DNA from: Folioceros fuciformis
Lineage: Eukaryota
Direction of reading: 5' to 3'
Assembly (NCBI GenBank): GCA_049999805.1
Contig: JBNGIO010005257.1
Coordinates: 1 to 34,250 of the forward strand
Length of the DNA stretch: 34,250 nt
Position 1 is the stretch's first letter; every line of letters begins with the position of its first letter. Positions 11,841 through 23,191 of the stretch are shown in pieces. The translations under genes were made by a program, and so were the position numbers. The notes below the pieces were generated by a model that did no database searches, was not told where the DNA came from, and saw nothing but the letters and a program-made list of their open reading frames with translations.

Positions 11841-12267
11841 TTTTGCTTGCCTCTCCGGCGCAGTCGCTCCTCAAAACCGGTCGTGAAGCGCGGACAGCCG
11901 CCCGCCCTGCCTGACATGCAGCAACGATCCATGTCCTCGGACAAGGACGGACAGCGATAGGAGCTCCGCTGAGCTGTCTCAACATAACAGCTCACGGACT
12001 AACAGACCGGTAACAGCCTTCCGGAGGCCGCCGCAGTTTGAGGTCGACGACAGTCGTGTCCCGACGCGAACTGATCACGTCCCTGTGGCATCTGCCGAAG
12101 ATTCCGATGGAGAACCGATGTGAAGGCCTTGGGACCTACAATCCACGCTATGGCTTGGTCGCAACATGAACCGCCCCAGCCGTAGCTCGCTCCTGCTTCA
12201 AAGGCTGCCAAGTTCATCTTCGTTCATAGGCTGCCAAGTACTGGTACCACGGAGGCTGTAGACGTGG

Positions 12268-12308
12268 CCCCTCGTGAACTCACATGAGAGCCCCCTCGTG
12301 AACTCACA
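12268..12308. repeat. Perfect 17-bp direct repeat (CCCCTCGTGAACTCACA x2, period 24)
   Basis: 12268-12284 and 12292-12308 are identical. Confidence 0.85.
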
Positions 12309-12449
12309 GCACAGGGCCGCTCTATTCTCCACTTCCAGTCCGGATGTGGCAGGCGCGCACGCGACCGACGGGAAGACCTCTGGCAGTTACAACCTGGCCC
12401 AGACTTCAAAGTTTCGAGTGCGCTGAGCCAAATAAGCAAAACCAACCTC

Positions 12450-12521
12450 TGCCTCCACTGAGGATCGAACTCAAGACCTTCAGTTTACAAGACTGACGCT
12501 CTACCACTGAGCTATAGAGGC
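12450..12521 (-). tRNA. trnT-UGU: tRNA-Thr (anticodon UGU), intronless
   Basis: Reverse complement reads GCCTCTATAGCTCAGTGGTAGAGCGTCAGTCTTGTAAACTGAAGGTCTTGAGTTCGATCCTCAGTGGAGGCA. It has an acceptor stem, A box, anticodon stem TCAGT/ACTGA with loop CT-TGT-AA, and B box GTTCGATCC. A T4 terminator lies just downstream (12441-12438) and the upstream flank is AT-rich. Confidence 0.97.
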
Positions 12522-12613
12522 TCGGCTACATTGATCGTGATCTGTACATAATATTTTTAATATAATTTTCTCTCTGCGGCTTTTTGGCCGCCGCTATTTG
12601 ACGAGGCGTGACT

Positions 12614-12676
12614 TCTTCACACTGCTCTATGTGCCAAGCATCTGACATCTTCACACGGCTCTTTGTGCCTAGCATC
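12614..12676. repeat. 29-bp tandem duplication (period 34, 3 mismatches)
   Basis: TCTTCACACTGCTCTATGTGCCAAGCATC (12614-12642) versus TCTTCACACGGCTCTTTGTGCCTAGCATC (12648-12676). Confidence 0.85.
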
Positions 12677-13459
12677 ATTCGCTGCCCCAGCAAGTTTAGA
12701 AACGATCCCAGTGCATCAAGGGTGGAGGAAGGTAGCCGAGGTTACCTAAGTTGACAGCGGAGGCGGCAAACATCGATGGACGTTGGAGCCAGGCTGAAGC
12801 GGGTGAAGCGCTGCTGTTCCCGCTGAAGGAGGTTTAGGTCACGCATGCATACAGGCTGCGTGGAGTCTTCTCCTTCCTACAGATTTAAGTACACACTGCA
12901 ACTGAAAGATTTGGTGTGCAGCAGTGCAGATTGCTCCCGGATTTTGCAACGCCTTGTTCGGGTTTCAGCGTGCCAATCTTGATGAAGGCGGTTGCAGTCC
13001 ATGACATTCAGTTCCGTTGAACTGCCGCACGTCGGAGCAATAATTGACAAGGATTGCTCTCATGGCTTGTCCGTGCCCAGTGCAGTTTGCAGAGTGCGTG
13101 ATGAGGTTTGCGTGGAAGTCCGGTAGGACCTGCCGGCTTCATTGCGGAGTCAATGCTGAAATTGTGGCCACCGCGATCCGGTAGGATCCTACAGTTCGGT
13201 AGGATTTCTTCGAAGAGCCTCGCTTCGGGTAGGTTTTGAACCTCTCACTTGAGACGTCTGCATTTTGAGAAAAGTACCGGTTGTTTTCCGGTTATAGGGT
13301 TTCGGGTTTCCTCCACCTTGGCATAGGTCCGTCCAACGACGCAAGGGCACCGAAGGAGACCTTTTTCCAAGAACACCCAAAGGAACTTAGTCGAATATAG
13401 ATATTACCTTAGAATGATGCTTATTCATCTTAGTAGAAATAGAGAGCAAGACAAATAAA

Positions 13460-14153
13460 CGTTATTAAATATAATAATATTATATTTATTTATTATTATT
13501 TAGTTATTTTTTACTATTGAAAAGGAAATGGAAAGTTCTATCTACTCTAAAAGATAAAAAGAACAACAATAGGCCAAAAGGGTACTAACCCCTTCGAACA
13601 ACATTCTCAAAAACTACCTATTGCTCCCATAATGTTGAACCTACGACATTGCTAAAGAAGTTGTTTGACTTGCACACGTTGTTATTGTAAAAACCGGGTT
13701 GGTCAATGCTCTTTGCAAAGCAATGGATATGCATTGTCCAAAAGAAGACTACAACATTGAAAAGAGAAATAACACTAGTCTTATGACTTTGATATACCCT
13801 TGCGCACTCTTTGATAAATCTTGAATAGTACTTGCCCAAGGGCCTACGGGTTTCAAGAGCAAGAGGGATAAAAATATGCCCGTCTGGCAAGAAAGAATAC
13901 TTGTGGACTTTGGTGCTTGTACAACCCTCCACCGCACATCTAGGGAGGTTGATGGCGATATGCCCATAAATTGAATGCCTAGTGAGATTTGTAACAACCA
14001 CATCCATGACACAAACTTGTTTCCCCTAGTGAAAATAAGGTCAGTTATAAATGAAACTTTGTTGTGCAAAGTATACGGACTCTTCTTACATGGCGGAAAC
14101 CCACATAACAACATCCCTTGTAAAATGGGTTTATCCTCAAACCCCTTTTTCAA
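13460..14153 (-). mobile_element. Degenerate 3' fragment of a non-LTR retrotransposon with a restriction-like endonuclease (CRE/R2-type RLE) domain
   Basis: Frameshifted ORFs 14153-13749 and 14007-13618 together give GF.HVRR...TDLIFTRGNKFV/MDVVVTNLTR...TKVHKY...FIPLALETRRPLGKYYSRFIKECAR. This matches the D..D..K.KY..F.P..ET.G pattern of RLE domains as recalled. An A/(TAA)-rich tract follows on the minus strand (about 13512-13462). Confidence 0.6.
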
Positions 14154-14470
14154 CCTAAAGATTGTTTTTTCTATGCTAAAGAATCAAACAAATAATGGTT
14201 ATTTTGAAAAGTTTAGATTTTCCTTGCACAAAAAAAAATATTTCTTATTTTTCAAGTTATTGAATTCAAAGGGTTTTAAGAGATAAAGTTGTTCTCAAGT
14301 TTAGTTTGATTACAAATGTATTGAATTTTTGTAGAACATGATTGAAATCCATGAACGTAAAAAAGTTATCACTCGTTTGTCCTAAGACTAGTTTTTTTCT
14401 TTGATGACCACTTGATGCGTTAGATTTGTGTGCTATGTTAAAAGGACATGGATATCGTTCATATTTATAG

Positions 14471-14508
14471 TTAGGGTGGTTTAGGATTTAAAACCCTAAA
14501 CCCTAAAA
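14471..14508. repeat. Short interstitial telomere-like repeats (TTAGGG/TTTAGG then CCCTAAA x2)
   Basis: Sequence TTAGGGTGGTTTAGGATTTAAAACCCTAAACCCTAAAA. Confidence 0.55.
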
Positions 14509-14645
14509 CATTTAAACATCAAGGATGCAAAACACGCTTCAAGTCCTTACTACTTACTCTAGGTTTAGATCATCCAAAAAGAAGAGGACTAGTCAAGATG
14601 ACTTCATATTCTCATTACAAAACTATGCCAAACAAGGTAAAAATA

Positions 14646-15085
14646 ACTTTAATGGGATCCCTAAAGAGAAGGTAGCTACGTTACTTTGATGAGATCCGTA
14701 AAGGTGGCTAGATACATACTTAGATGGGATACGGTTAAAGAAAGGTAGCTAGCTTGGTCACGTAGATAAAGTCTCTAAAGGGACAATAGTTAGGTTCAAT
14801 GAAACTTAGATAGGGGTGGCTAGATACATACTTAGATGGGATCCCTAAAGGGAAGGTAGCTAGCTTGGTTACTTAGATAAAATCCCTAAAGGGACAATAG
14901 CTAGGTTCAATGGTACTTAGATAGGCTTCGAGAAGGGAACATGGTAGGAAGGTATCTAGGTGGAGTTCCTAAAGGGAAGGTAATGAGCTTCATCTGCACT
15001 TGGATGGGTTCCCATAGGGCTAGCAAGTTTCATTATTGCTTAGATGAAGTCTTTACAAGGAAAACAGCTAGATTCACTATGCACT
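14646..15085. repeat. Degenerate minisatellite of about 11 units (26-45 bp) with a ~112-bp higher-order duplication
   Basis: Units start ACTT(A)GAT and the consensus is about ACTTAGATGGGATCCCTAAAGGGAAGGTAGCTAG. Unit starts are near 14646, 14683, 14718, 14760, 14804, 14830, 14871, 14915, 14954, 14998 and 15038. Block 14703-14814 is nearly repeated at 14815-14925. Confidence 0.85.
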
Positions 15086-16025
15086 ATGGTATAAGTTGTT
15101 AAGTGAAAAGTCCCATATCATAATTTTATCCTTAGTAGACTATGATGGACTTCTTCTTCTATTACACATTATTTTTTGAACTCTGCAAAGAAATTACATC
15201 TTTACCTCCTATATAGGGAATACACGTGCACATCATACTTTTAGGTTCAATATAATATAGTTTATATTTATAATTATCATATTAAATTTTTAAAATTAAT
15301 TTTAATAAAATTTTACTACAGAGCATATCTTGCTTAAAATACATTCCTAAAAGGATCTAGGTGGAGCAATAAATTTTATATGACATAATGTAGAAGGTAA
15401 GTATATATAGAATTTCATATATAAAATATTTATTAAAAAGTATTTTTATATTAAAAACCATCCATAAGGAAGTCAATGTGTGAGCAACCATACATTAGAA
15501 AGCTACTATTCATATACCATCATTATCATCATTGCATATAGTTATAGTCATAATTCACCCTTATAAATTTAAAGGTTTACTTATATAAAGTTTATCCTAA
15601 AAAATTACCTGTAGCATTTATGTTATCCTTTTGAAATACTAATTAAGCTTATACTTCATAAACATTATTTCTTCCACAACCGCTCTCCAATATGCTTGTA
15701 CCTGCGATGGAGAGGTTTTAGATGCTTACTTTTTAATATTTATATATACGATAATGTACAAAGGAACGACTGTGAAGGCCAATAGCTATTTGTTCATGGA
15801 AATCTGAAGAACAAGTAGAACCATGCGGAAGAGACGTAAACAGTAGCCAAAAACACGTTTTTGGTAGGATAGGAACTGAAATGTCTACATCAAGATCTAC
15901 AGAGAATACAGGATAACTCTTACAAGCCGCATTAGGGTTCTACAGACGATATTAAGTACAAAACTCGCTTTAGAGACAAGAAAACATCTTTACACAGAAC
16001 ATCTTAGTGACCGAACACCTCATGA

Positions 16026-19000
16026 CTATGGCTGATAAGACTCAGATCCTGGAGGTAAGAGACTCTCTATATAGGAGGAGCTCTCAGACTCAGAAGCCAG
16101 AATCGGTTGCAAAGAAGGATGGCGGTAAGCATTATGTACAGATGCGATCATACTGTCTTTCAAACCCTGTTCATCGTCCTCCTTATCTTTGTTCATCGCC
16201 ATCTGCACATAATATGCATCGCACGGTACATAACTCAGTATAAAGGGTACAAGGTCCTCACACATGTCCAGGTAAAACGCACTGCAACTACCGAAAAATA
16301 GCTGACCCACAAGCTTATAGCTCACAACACCTACCGCAAAGCCGACAAAGACCATGAAGTACCCATAGACAAGGCAAGAAATCATTTCCACACTGAACTG
16401 AACGGGATGAAAATTGCCCTACCTCCATGGCATAGGTCTCAAACACGGGAAGGAATCTTTGTTTGCAATGTTGATTGAAGAGAAGAGTTAGAATAGGAAG
16501 CGGTACACATGCTGAAGATGCCTTCGGAAGGTCCTTTATGCCAAAAATACCTATCATTGTAATCTGCATCAAAAACAGCCCTAGAATAATATGTCCATGA
16601 ATAAGTGGCCAGCATTGTCCCCCGGTCTCGTATGAAGGCTCGTACACATTGAGGATCTGAGACAACAGCACACAGCATGACAGAATTCTTCTCCATGCAT
16701 GTTTCAAACTGACTTTACGACCCGCTGAGTCTGTGCTACCGCAACATAACCAAAAGAAAAATACCTGGTTGCGATATACAATAAACCCCAACAGGAAGTA
16801 GACCATCAAGAACGGTAGAAGCAAAGGAGCAACAGGTGTATACATCAATCCTATGAAGATGAACAGCAACGTATACGGTATAGCGCGATGATACGCTACA
16901 GGTGCAGCATCAGCAACATATGGCTTGTCTCTATCAATTGTGTGTCGCTTCAAAAAGTTGAAGAACAGGACCCCGGATTGCAAGATCTCAAGGGGAAAGC
17001 CAGCCCATCCGGTAGTCAAGATATAGGTGATGTAGAAAGTGGCCTGAGGAAACATATGGCACAAGTGTCAACGGTACAGCAAGAACGCTAGATGATAATG
17101 GTCTCCACTAGTAATAGAGGCTAATGCCGGCATGTGATCCGACATCAACAATATATCAAATCCACTACTCCTCTGTCAATCAACAGGCTCCACTATGATA
17201 CTGTTTCCTCCGATGGCAAGTGACTACATAATGAGGAGGAAAAACAGCAAAAGACTTCAAAACACCACAGTTGTAAAGCGAGGACGCAACAGAACTCTTG
17301 AAGCTAGGAGAAAGGTTTCAACTCACCTGTCCCGGAATAGCGTAAGCAAGTCGCTCAGGAATTAATTTGGGGTTACTTAACCAATTATCGAAAAGCTGAT
17401 GGAAAACAGTTCCAGAGAGTACTGTGGCGAAGAATACATTTACAAGCAATAGGTAGAAAAACCTGTTAACTGTCATTCTTACTTGCCGGCTGTATGATAC
17501 AGGGCCTTGCAAGTTGGATAAGAACAGCAAAAACGGTGGAACGAGGTAGAGGAAAATGCTGAGAAATAAACTGGGAAGATACCCTGTAACAACCTGGCTC
17601 AATCCTGGTCTGCACAGTCAAAAGCCATGAGTATGAGAATAACAGATAATAGACAAAATCACGAAGTTATGTCCACCCTTACTACACTGAACTGTAAAAT
17701 CTATGCACTGTAAGCCCTGGACACATATATGGGTAAAAAGGACCACCTCCAATGGACTCACATCAACAAAAGCGCATCGACAAGCCCAGGAAACCAGGTT
17801 TGAAGATTTTTCAGCTCAGCAAGGCCTTGCACGAATGCGGCTGGCCCAGCGTAGAACATAATAAGTAGGATGACAGCTGTCCACACCAAGATTGAACGGA
17901 TGCCAAGGTGCAGATATGGTATTGAAAGGTTGGACCAGAGGACATCTCTTGGTTCTGGCGCCCATTCTGTGACCCAAAGGAGTGGGTTCATGGATTGCTG
18001 TGTCTGAGCGGCAACAGCCGCACCCCAACGAGATTTGAAGGTCACAAATGCTACAGGCAGTTCCTGCCATTTCCCCATCAAATCAGAATGACGGTTTCAA
18101 CTGCAAAACAGAACACACGCAAAAGCTGAAAAATAGACATGCACACACCTGTTTTTTCTGCAGAAATGAAGTCTGACTTTCCCTTATCTGTGTATGCAAC
18201 CTATCAAGCCTTCTAGTCTCTATCTCAGCTGCATCAACTTTTTGACCAAATAAACCTAAGACACCCTCGCGCCTCTTTGGTCGTTCACTTGGCGGCTTCT
18301 TCTTCAGCTCATCAATGCTTTTCACCACTTTTTTTAGCTCAGCCTGTTCACTCATACAAGACAATGTCACGAAACTGGAGGTTTTGACAGCGGCACACAA
18401 ATTGGGAACAGGAGGTACCAAATGCTTAAGCTCACCAGCATAGCCTCCACTCTTCCCGCATGATACACCATCTGATGTGATAAATAAGTCGAAGGATGAT
18501 ACCGAGTGAAAAACTCTTCCACTGTGTCACTGAACGTTTTGTCATCAACTCGAGGAACTGCACGGACAAGAACACTAAATTGGTCTGGTTGAGGCCTGGC
18601 TGCTGCAAGAAATGTGTGCCTTTGTTCAGCAACGTGCTTGTACTCCTGCAATTAAACAAGCTCACATTCATTTGAGCTGGCAAAGTACAGACACATGTTG
18701 AACATGCAGATGGCTAATCAACAGTTCCGTTCCTGCATTTCCAAATAGAAGTGAGCAGGGAAAGAGAGGCAGCAAAAGCAGCTTTGCTCCATACCAGATA
18801 CAGAAGGATGTACGCAGCAAACGATATTGCATACACAGCAGCAAAATGTACCCACAGCCTACATCAGAAGAGTGTGAAGTACCACGGCAACCTTGCTGTA
18901 AGCACTTCCCCAAGGAAGATGTAACCTATAAAAAGAAGAACATTTGAATGACAAGAAACAGAAACAAGTGCAGCCAGTACGCTTCTTCTATCCTTTGATG

Positions 19001-19577
19001 ACCACTGGACATACCGGCCTGCACCGCTCTTCACGTTAGAAATAGAGAAAGCATCTATAGCAGCGAAGAGAATGTCCCCATGATCTTCCTCCAGCTGGTT
19101 GTCCGTAAAGTTCAGCGGCATGAGTACAAACAGGCCAATTACCGTGCATATTCCAAAAAAGCGCAGGCTGCAGAAGGAGGAGCAATCAATCTAGAGTCTG
19201 CTGGACCCCTTGCTACACTCCCTCTTGCAGCATAGGGGCTATCTGCTACACCAACAGGTACTCGAGAAAAACAGTGATCACGGTGCTGACCTGAAGACGA
19301 AGATTCTGAGAAAGACAACAGAATCCAAACCGCAGGAAGCTAATATCTCCTCTTCTGACGGTTGCCATGCTTGCTTGACCCAGCTCACCGAGGGCAATAA
19401 GCTGTCAAAGTGAAAGTCCTCGTCCTGATTACCTGCATTAGACTCCCTTAACAGGTGCTTGGTGAAGTATACACCTGCATTCCCATGTTGCTTTCTGAAG
19501 ATGGAGTACAACAACAGAAAGATGGCAGCGAAGAGAATGTTGATCCCCGCTGAAGTGGCTAAATCAGATATCTGCAT
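16026..19577 (-). CDS. OSCA2: OSCA/CSC1 (TMEM63/ERD4 family) calcium-permeable mechanosensitive channel, OSCA2/HYP1-like clade, 10 exons, about 727 aa
   Basis: Exons 19577-19291, 19167-19015, 18858-18795, 18645-18436, 18343-18149, 18063-17762, 17609-17327, 17043-16765, 16656-16423, 16202-16026; all GT-AG, 2184 nt. Motifs: TSAGINI...LYSIFRKQ, GLDSVVFLRIF, AFVTFKSRWGAAVAAQTQ, WVTEWAPEPRDVLWSNL, VYRNQILNVY..YETGGQCWP. Confidence 0.93.
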
Positions 19578-20473
19578 TAGTACTGACTCAACAAGCTGCT
19601 GAACAATCGGGGGGATATCAATCGCAATTCAGTGGTCCCGTGGCCAGTCACCAAGTTCCAGTCAGCGAATCCTCAGCTACTATTTGCGCAGTGAAACGTA
19701 AGTGCAACATAGTCCTGCCCTGATCTCAATGCCCCAACCCCCGTGGTTGCGGTTGCTCTCCTCGCCGGAATTGGCACTCACAATTAGGTCTGATTTCTGG
19801 AGAGTCAGCGGATTGTGCAGCTCTGCGAGCACCCAGATCTTGCTGGCACACCGCCTTCGATGGCCCTCAGCTTTGTAACATTACCCCTCCAATTCCGGGA
19901 CCAGCGTCGCCACCCACGTCTGACCTCTCGCCCCAATTGAGACTCCAGGCTCGCCCCGATGCCTTGAAACAAATTGCTGCAACCCAGGCCGGTAGCCAAC
20001 CAACACCCCAGCACGGAGCAGGATAACACCCGTCCTGCCAGGGTGCAGGGCGATGTAGCAGGAATCCAAAGTTCCCTGCGGCTCCCATGCAGATAACCCC
20101 TGTCTGGATCCCGAACCCAACGACAGGCTCACCCTAAGAGGCTCGGTCGACGCCACCAAGGCTCGGGTTGGGTGGCGCCTCTGCTTCGGATTGCAGGCGT
20201 AGCTACACTTGTGATTTTTCTGCGCGGCCGTGTGTCCTTGCAGCTCGGCGGGCCTACGTCCGCCTGGACACCACATCGCGGTCCCGTACCTGGTTCTAAA
20301 CAACGCAGAATACCCCGTAGAAAACCGAAGCGGAGAATCTTCTGCGCCGTCTCTCGCAAAGTACATGTACATACATAGTTCGGTGTTACGTAACCAGCCC
20401 GCGTGCCAGCGACGACGGAACGCGGGCTGGGGCGGGCCCGCCTTGCTCATCACAGTCTCAGGATGCCACGCGC

Positions 20474-20479
20474 TATAAA
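20474..20479 (+). promoter_or_regulatory. Candidate TATA box for the ERD7-like gene, flanked by CGCG boxes
   Basis: TATAAA at 20474-20479 in a GC-rich stretch. vCGCGb motifs at 20399, 20420, 20468 and 20511; G-box CCACGTGG at 20741. Motif match only. Confidence 0.3.
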
Positions 20480-20968
20480 GTAGATCCACTCGTGGCGGGC
20501 TACAGGCCTGACGCGTCCCGGGCCCCTGTTGGTTTGCCCCTCCCGACTTGGGCTGCTTAGATGGCGGTGTTGGAGACTGGCAAATAGGCTCTCGCGACAG
20601 CCTTTGTACACGGAGATAACACAATTCTGCTGCCGACGCTCCCTCCTGTAGCCAGCTCCAAAGATTGGATTCCGAGCTTTGCGTGTTGCAGGGGAGAGGA
20701 GCCTGTTATACACATCGTCCTGCAGGGCATGCTGGTCTATCCACGTGGATTGCCCCTTCGACTCTAGCTTTTAAGGCCACGCTACTTGGCGTAACATACT
20801 CTCCTTGGGATGCAGCTGGGTACTCAAGAGGTCCTGCCAGGTCCTGTGTTGGCGTGATCCTGGAGAGTGCAGCAGTGGTGAATTGCCTTTCCTCTGCGCC
20901 TCAGCCGGACTTGGCTCAGTTCTCTTCCCTGTGCTCTGCATTCCCTTTTGCTGCTGCCCAGGACCACA

Positions 20969-23100
20969 ATGCAGTGGCTCAGGGGCAAGGCGTTTGCGGA
21001 GGGCAATTCGCAGGCTCCTTTCATTGTGGGCTCGGACCGATGGATGGGGAGGAACCCCAGTAATCCCTGTGAGAGCCAGGATGTATCGCCTGTCCAAGTC
21101 CAGGCCACCGAGGAACGTACTGCTGGGCAAGGAAATGTTGCTGAGACAGCAGAGCGGGGACATTCCAGCTTGTATCCAACGGTGGCCAAGCATGCGTCGG
21201 GGAGTGAAGTTAGAAGAGATGGTTCTGAGGAAGGGAGGTTTGGGTCTGGTTTGCCTCCGGCGGGCAGTGCAGGGAAGGGATACTATCCAGTGGTTTATAC
21301 CGAGTTGCCGGACACCAAGTCTGTGGAGGAGGCTGCGGGTTCTGTGACTGTGGAGGATGCTAATCCCGTGAAGTTGGCGGAGGAGGAGCAACACGTTGAA
21401 GCGCATGAGGAGGTTTTGGTGAAGATTCCTGGAGCCATTGTGCACCTGATTGATGAGAAGGACAGTCTGCATCTTGGTACCGGGGATTTGCAGCTGGTAA
21501 GACTGACGCAGGAAGGTAATGGCATAGCCGTGTTTGTGAGCGTTGGGGATGAGCTGCAATGGCCTTTGTTCAAGGACGAGGCAGCTGTGAAGCTCAGCCC
21601 CACCCATTATTTCTTCTCCATGAAGGTCCCATCCAAGTTGCTTGATGAAGACGAGAATTTGCATCGGCAGCCTTCTGAACCATCTTCCCAGGGGGGCATG
21701 AGAGAGTTGAGAAGAGAAGCATCTGGTGATGTGCAGAGCCTCTTGGCCAGTGGATCTGCAGATCTGTCTCGCTCACGCCATCAGAGGAAAGCGTCAGATC
21801 AGGAACTAGAAACTCTTAACTATGGAGTCACGTTCTCTCGACCTGGCGTGGAGGCTGAGTTGAAGGAGCTCGACTCTCATTTGGCACGTTACAGTTTGTT
21901 CTCGACGCCCACTGTTGTCGAAAAGGATCCGGCAAGATATCCATCGAAAGCAGCGAAACCCCCTCCTCCTCACAGCAGACCAGATGGATCACAGGGCACA
22001 CCCTACACTGAAGGGAAGCCTTACATGCCACCAACTGCAGCGGTGGTTCGGGAGGATTCGAACTATGCTGGTGCGGAACCCGCAAGTGCACAGAGCACAT
22101 CTCGCCCAACCAAGCCCCCGGCTCCAGCTAAGATTGTGACAGTGGAGGAGCTCAATGGCCATGGCCAGCCAGTCACGGAGCCCAACTCCGCAGTTTTCTG
22201 GACTACACTTGCCCCGAATGTAGCAGAGTACAGCAGCAGTCCTGCAAGGGCCATAGCTCAGGGATCAGGGCACATAATCAAAGGCCTCTTTTGGGTCAGT
22301 CAGACAACTGTTTCGCAATTGGAGAAGGGAGGTGCATACATAAGGGAGCAAGGCTGGGTTAAGCCCAGAACGAAGGGGCCTGTGGAGATGAGTCCTAGCA
22401 CACTCAAGAATATGAGAAGGTTAGTCCGGCTCACCAGTCTCCTATCTGGTAACGACATTGGCAGATGCTTCGACGTTTCCACTCACGCTTCTGTGTCGGC
22501 AGGGTTAGGAAAATGTCGAAGATGACTTCCAAGGTAGCTGAAAGTGTCTTGACTGGAGTGGTCATGACCACTGGCGTCTTCACTGGAGCAATCGTTAACT
22601 CCAAGGCAGGGAGCAAGTTTTTCAAGCTCTTGCCAGGAGAAGTTGCGTTGGTGTCGTTGGATGCCTTCGGTAAGCCGGAATAATCTATGGTCTCAGTTCC
22701 ATGTTCTTTGGTTGCGGCTAGGCAATCCATTCTGAGAGAAGTTACGGCTCGCAGGTAAAGTATTTGATGCCGTGGAGCATGCTGGAAGAGCAGTTTTGAA
22801 GAGCTCCTCGTCAGTCACAAATGATCTTGTGTCTCATAGGTACGGTTTGAGACTTTGTGGGGTGATGCTGCAAGCAAGTAGAAACTCACGGTTCTTCCTC
22901 TCGACAGATACGGGCCACAAGCTGCGGAGTTTGCAGAAGACGGTATGAAGGCTACGGGACACGTGATCAAAACGGCATGGACAGTTTCCAAGCTGCGAAA
23001 AGCATTCAATCCTAAATCTATGACCAAAACTGGTCTCGCCAAATCGGTGCTCAAAGCAGCCGTCGGAGCTCAGCAACCTGCAGGAGCCACTGGACAATGA
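20969..23100 (+). CDS. Senescence/dehydration-associated (ERD7-like, spartin/senescence domain) protein, 4 exons, about 631 aa
   Basis: Exons 20969-22419, 22503-22669, 22755-22839, 22908-23100 (1896 nt, GT-AG). Motifs: EEVLVKIPGAIVHLID..SLHLGTGDL, QWPLFKDEAAVKL, LNYGVTF, FWTTLAPNVAEY...IAQGSGHIIKGLFW, FFKLLPGEVALVSLDAFGKVFDAVE, VSHRYG. Start codon is the first ATG in the ORF. Confidence 0.9.
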
Positions 23101-23191
23101 GTGGCGTAGTCACTACCTGTGTCTGTAATGTGAGAATATTGTGTAAATCACAAGTGTCCACTAGGGTGACCTGTACTACCATCTTGCTTTC

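Noticed and set aside
11359-11985. 208-aa ORF overlapping DPP III exon 1 as an alternative, transit-peptide-like start
   Set aside because: It is in a different frame from DPP III, starts at a non-ATG codon and has no evident splice linking it to the DPP III frame.
12700-13390. Possible small spliced gene or element end with a repeated CGGTAGGA motif (about 13120-13235)
   Set aside because: Only very short ORFs and four loose 8-10 bp matches; not enough to call a feature.
14646-15085. CRISPR-like appearance of the regularly spaced ACTTAGAT motif
   Set aside because: The sequences between anchors are homologous to each other rather than unique spacers, unit lengths vary, the context is eukaryotic and there are no cas genes.
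19805-21664. Long antisense or overlapping ORFs (19881-20624, 20771-21664, 20805-21347)
   Set aside because: Shadow ORFs of GC-rich promoter sequence and of the ERD7-like exon; no domain signal.
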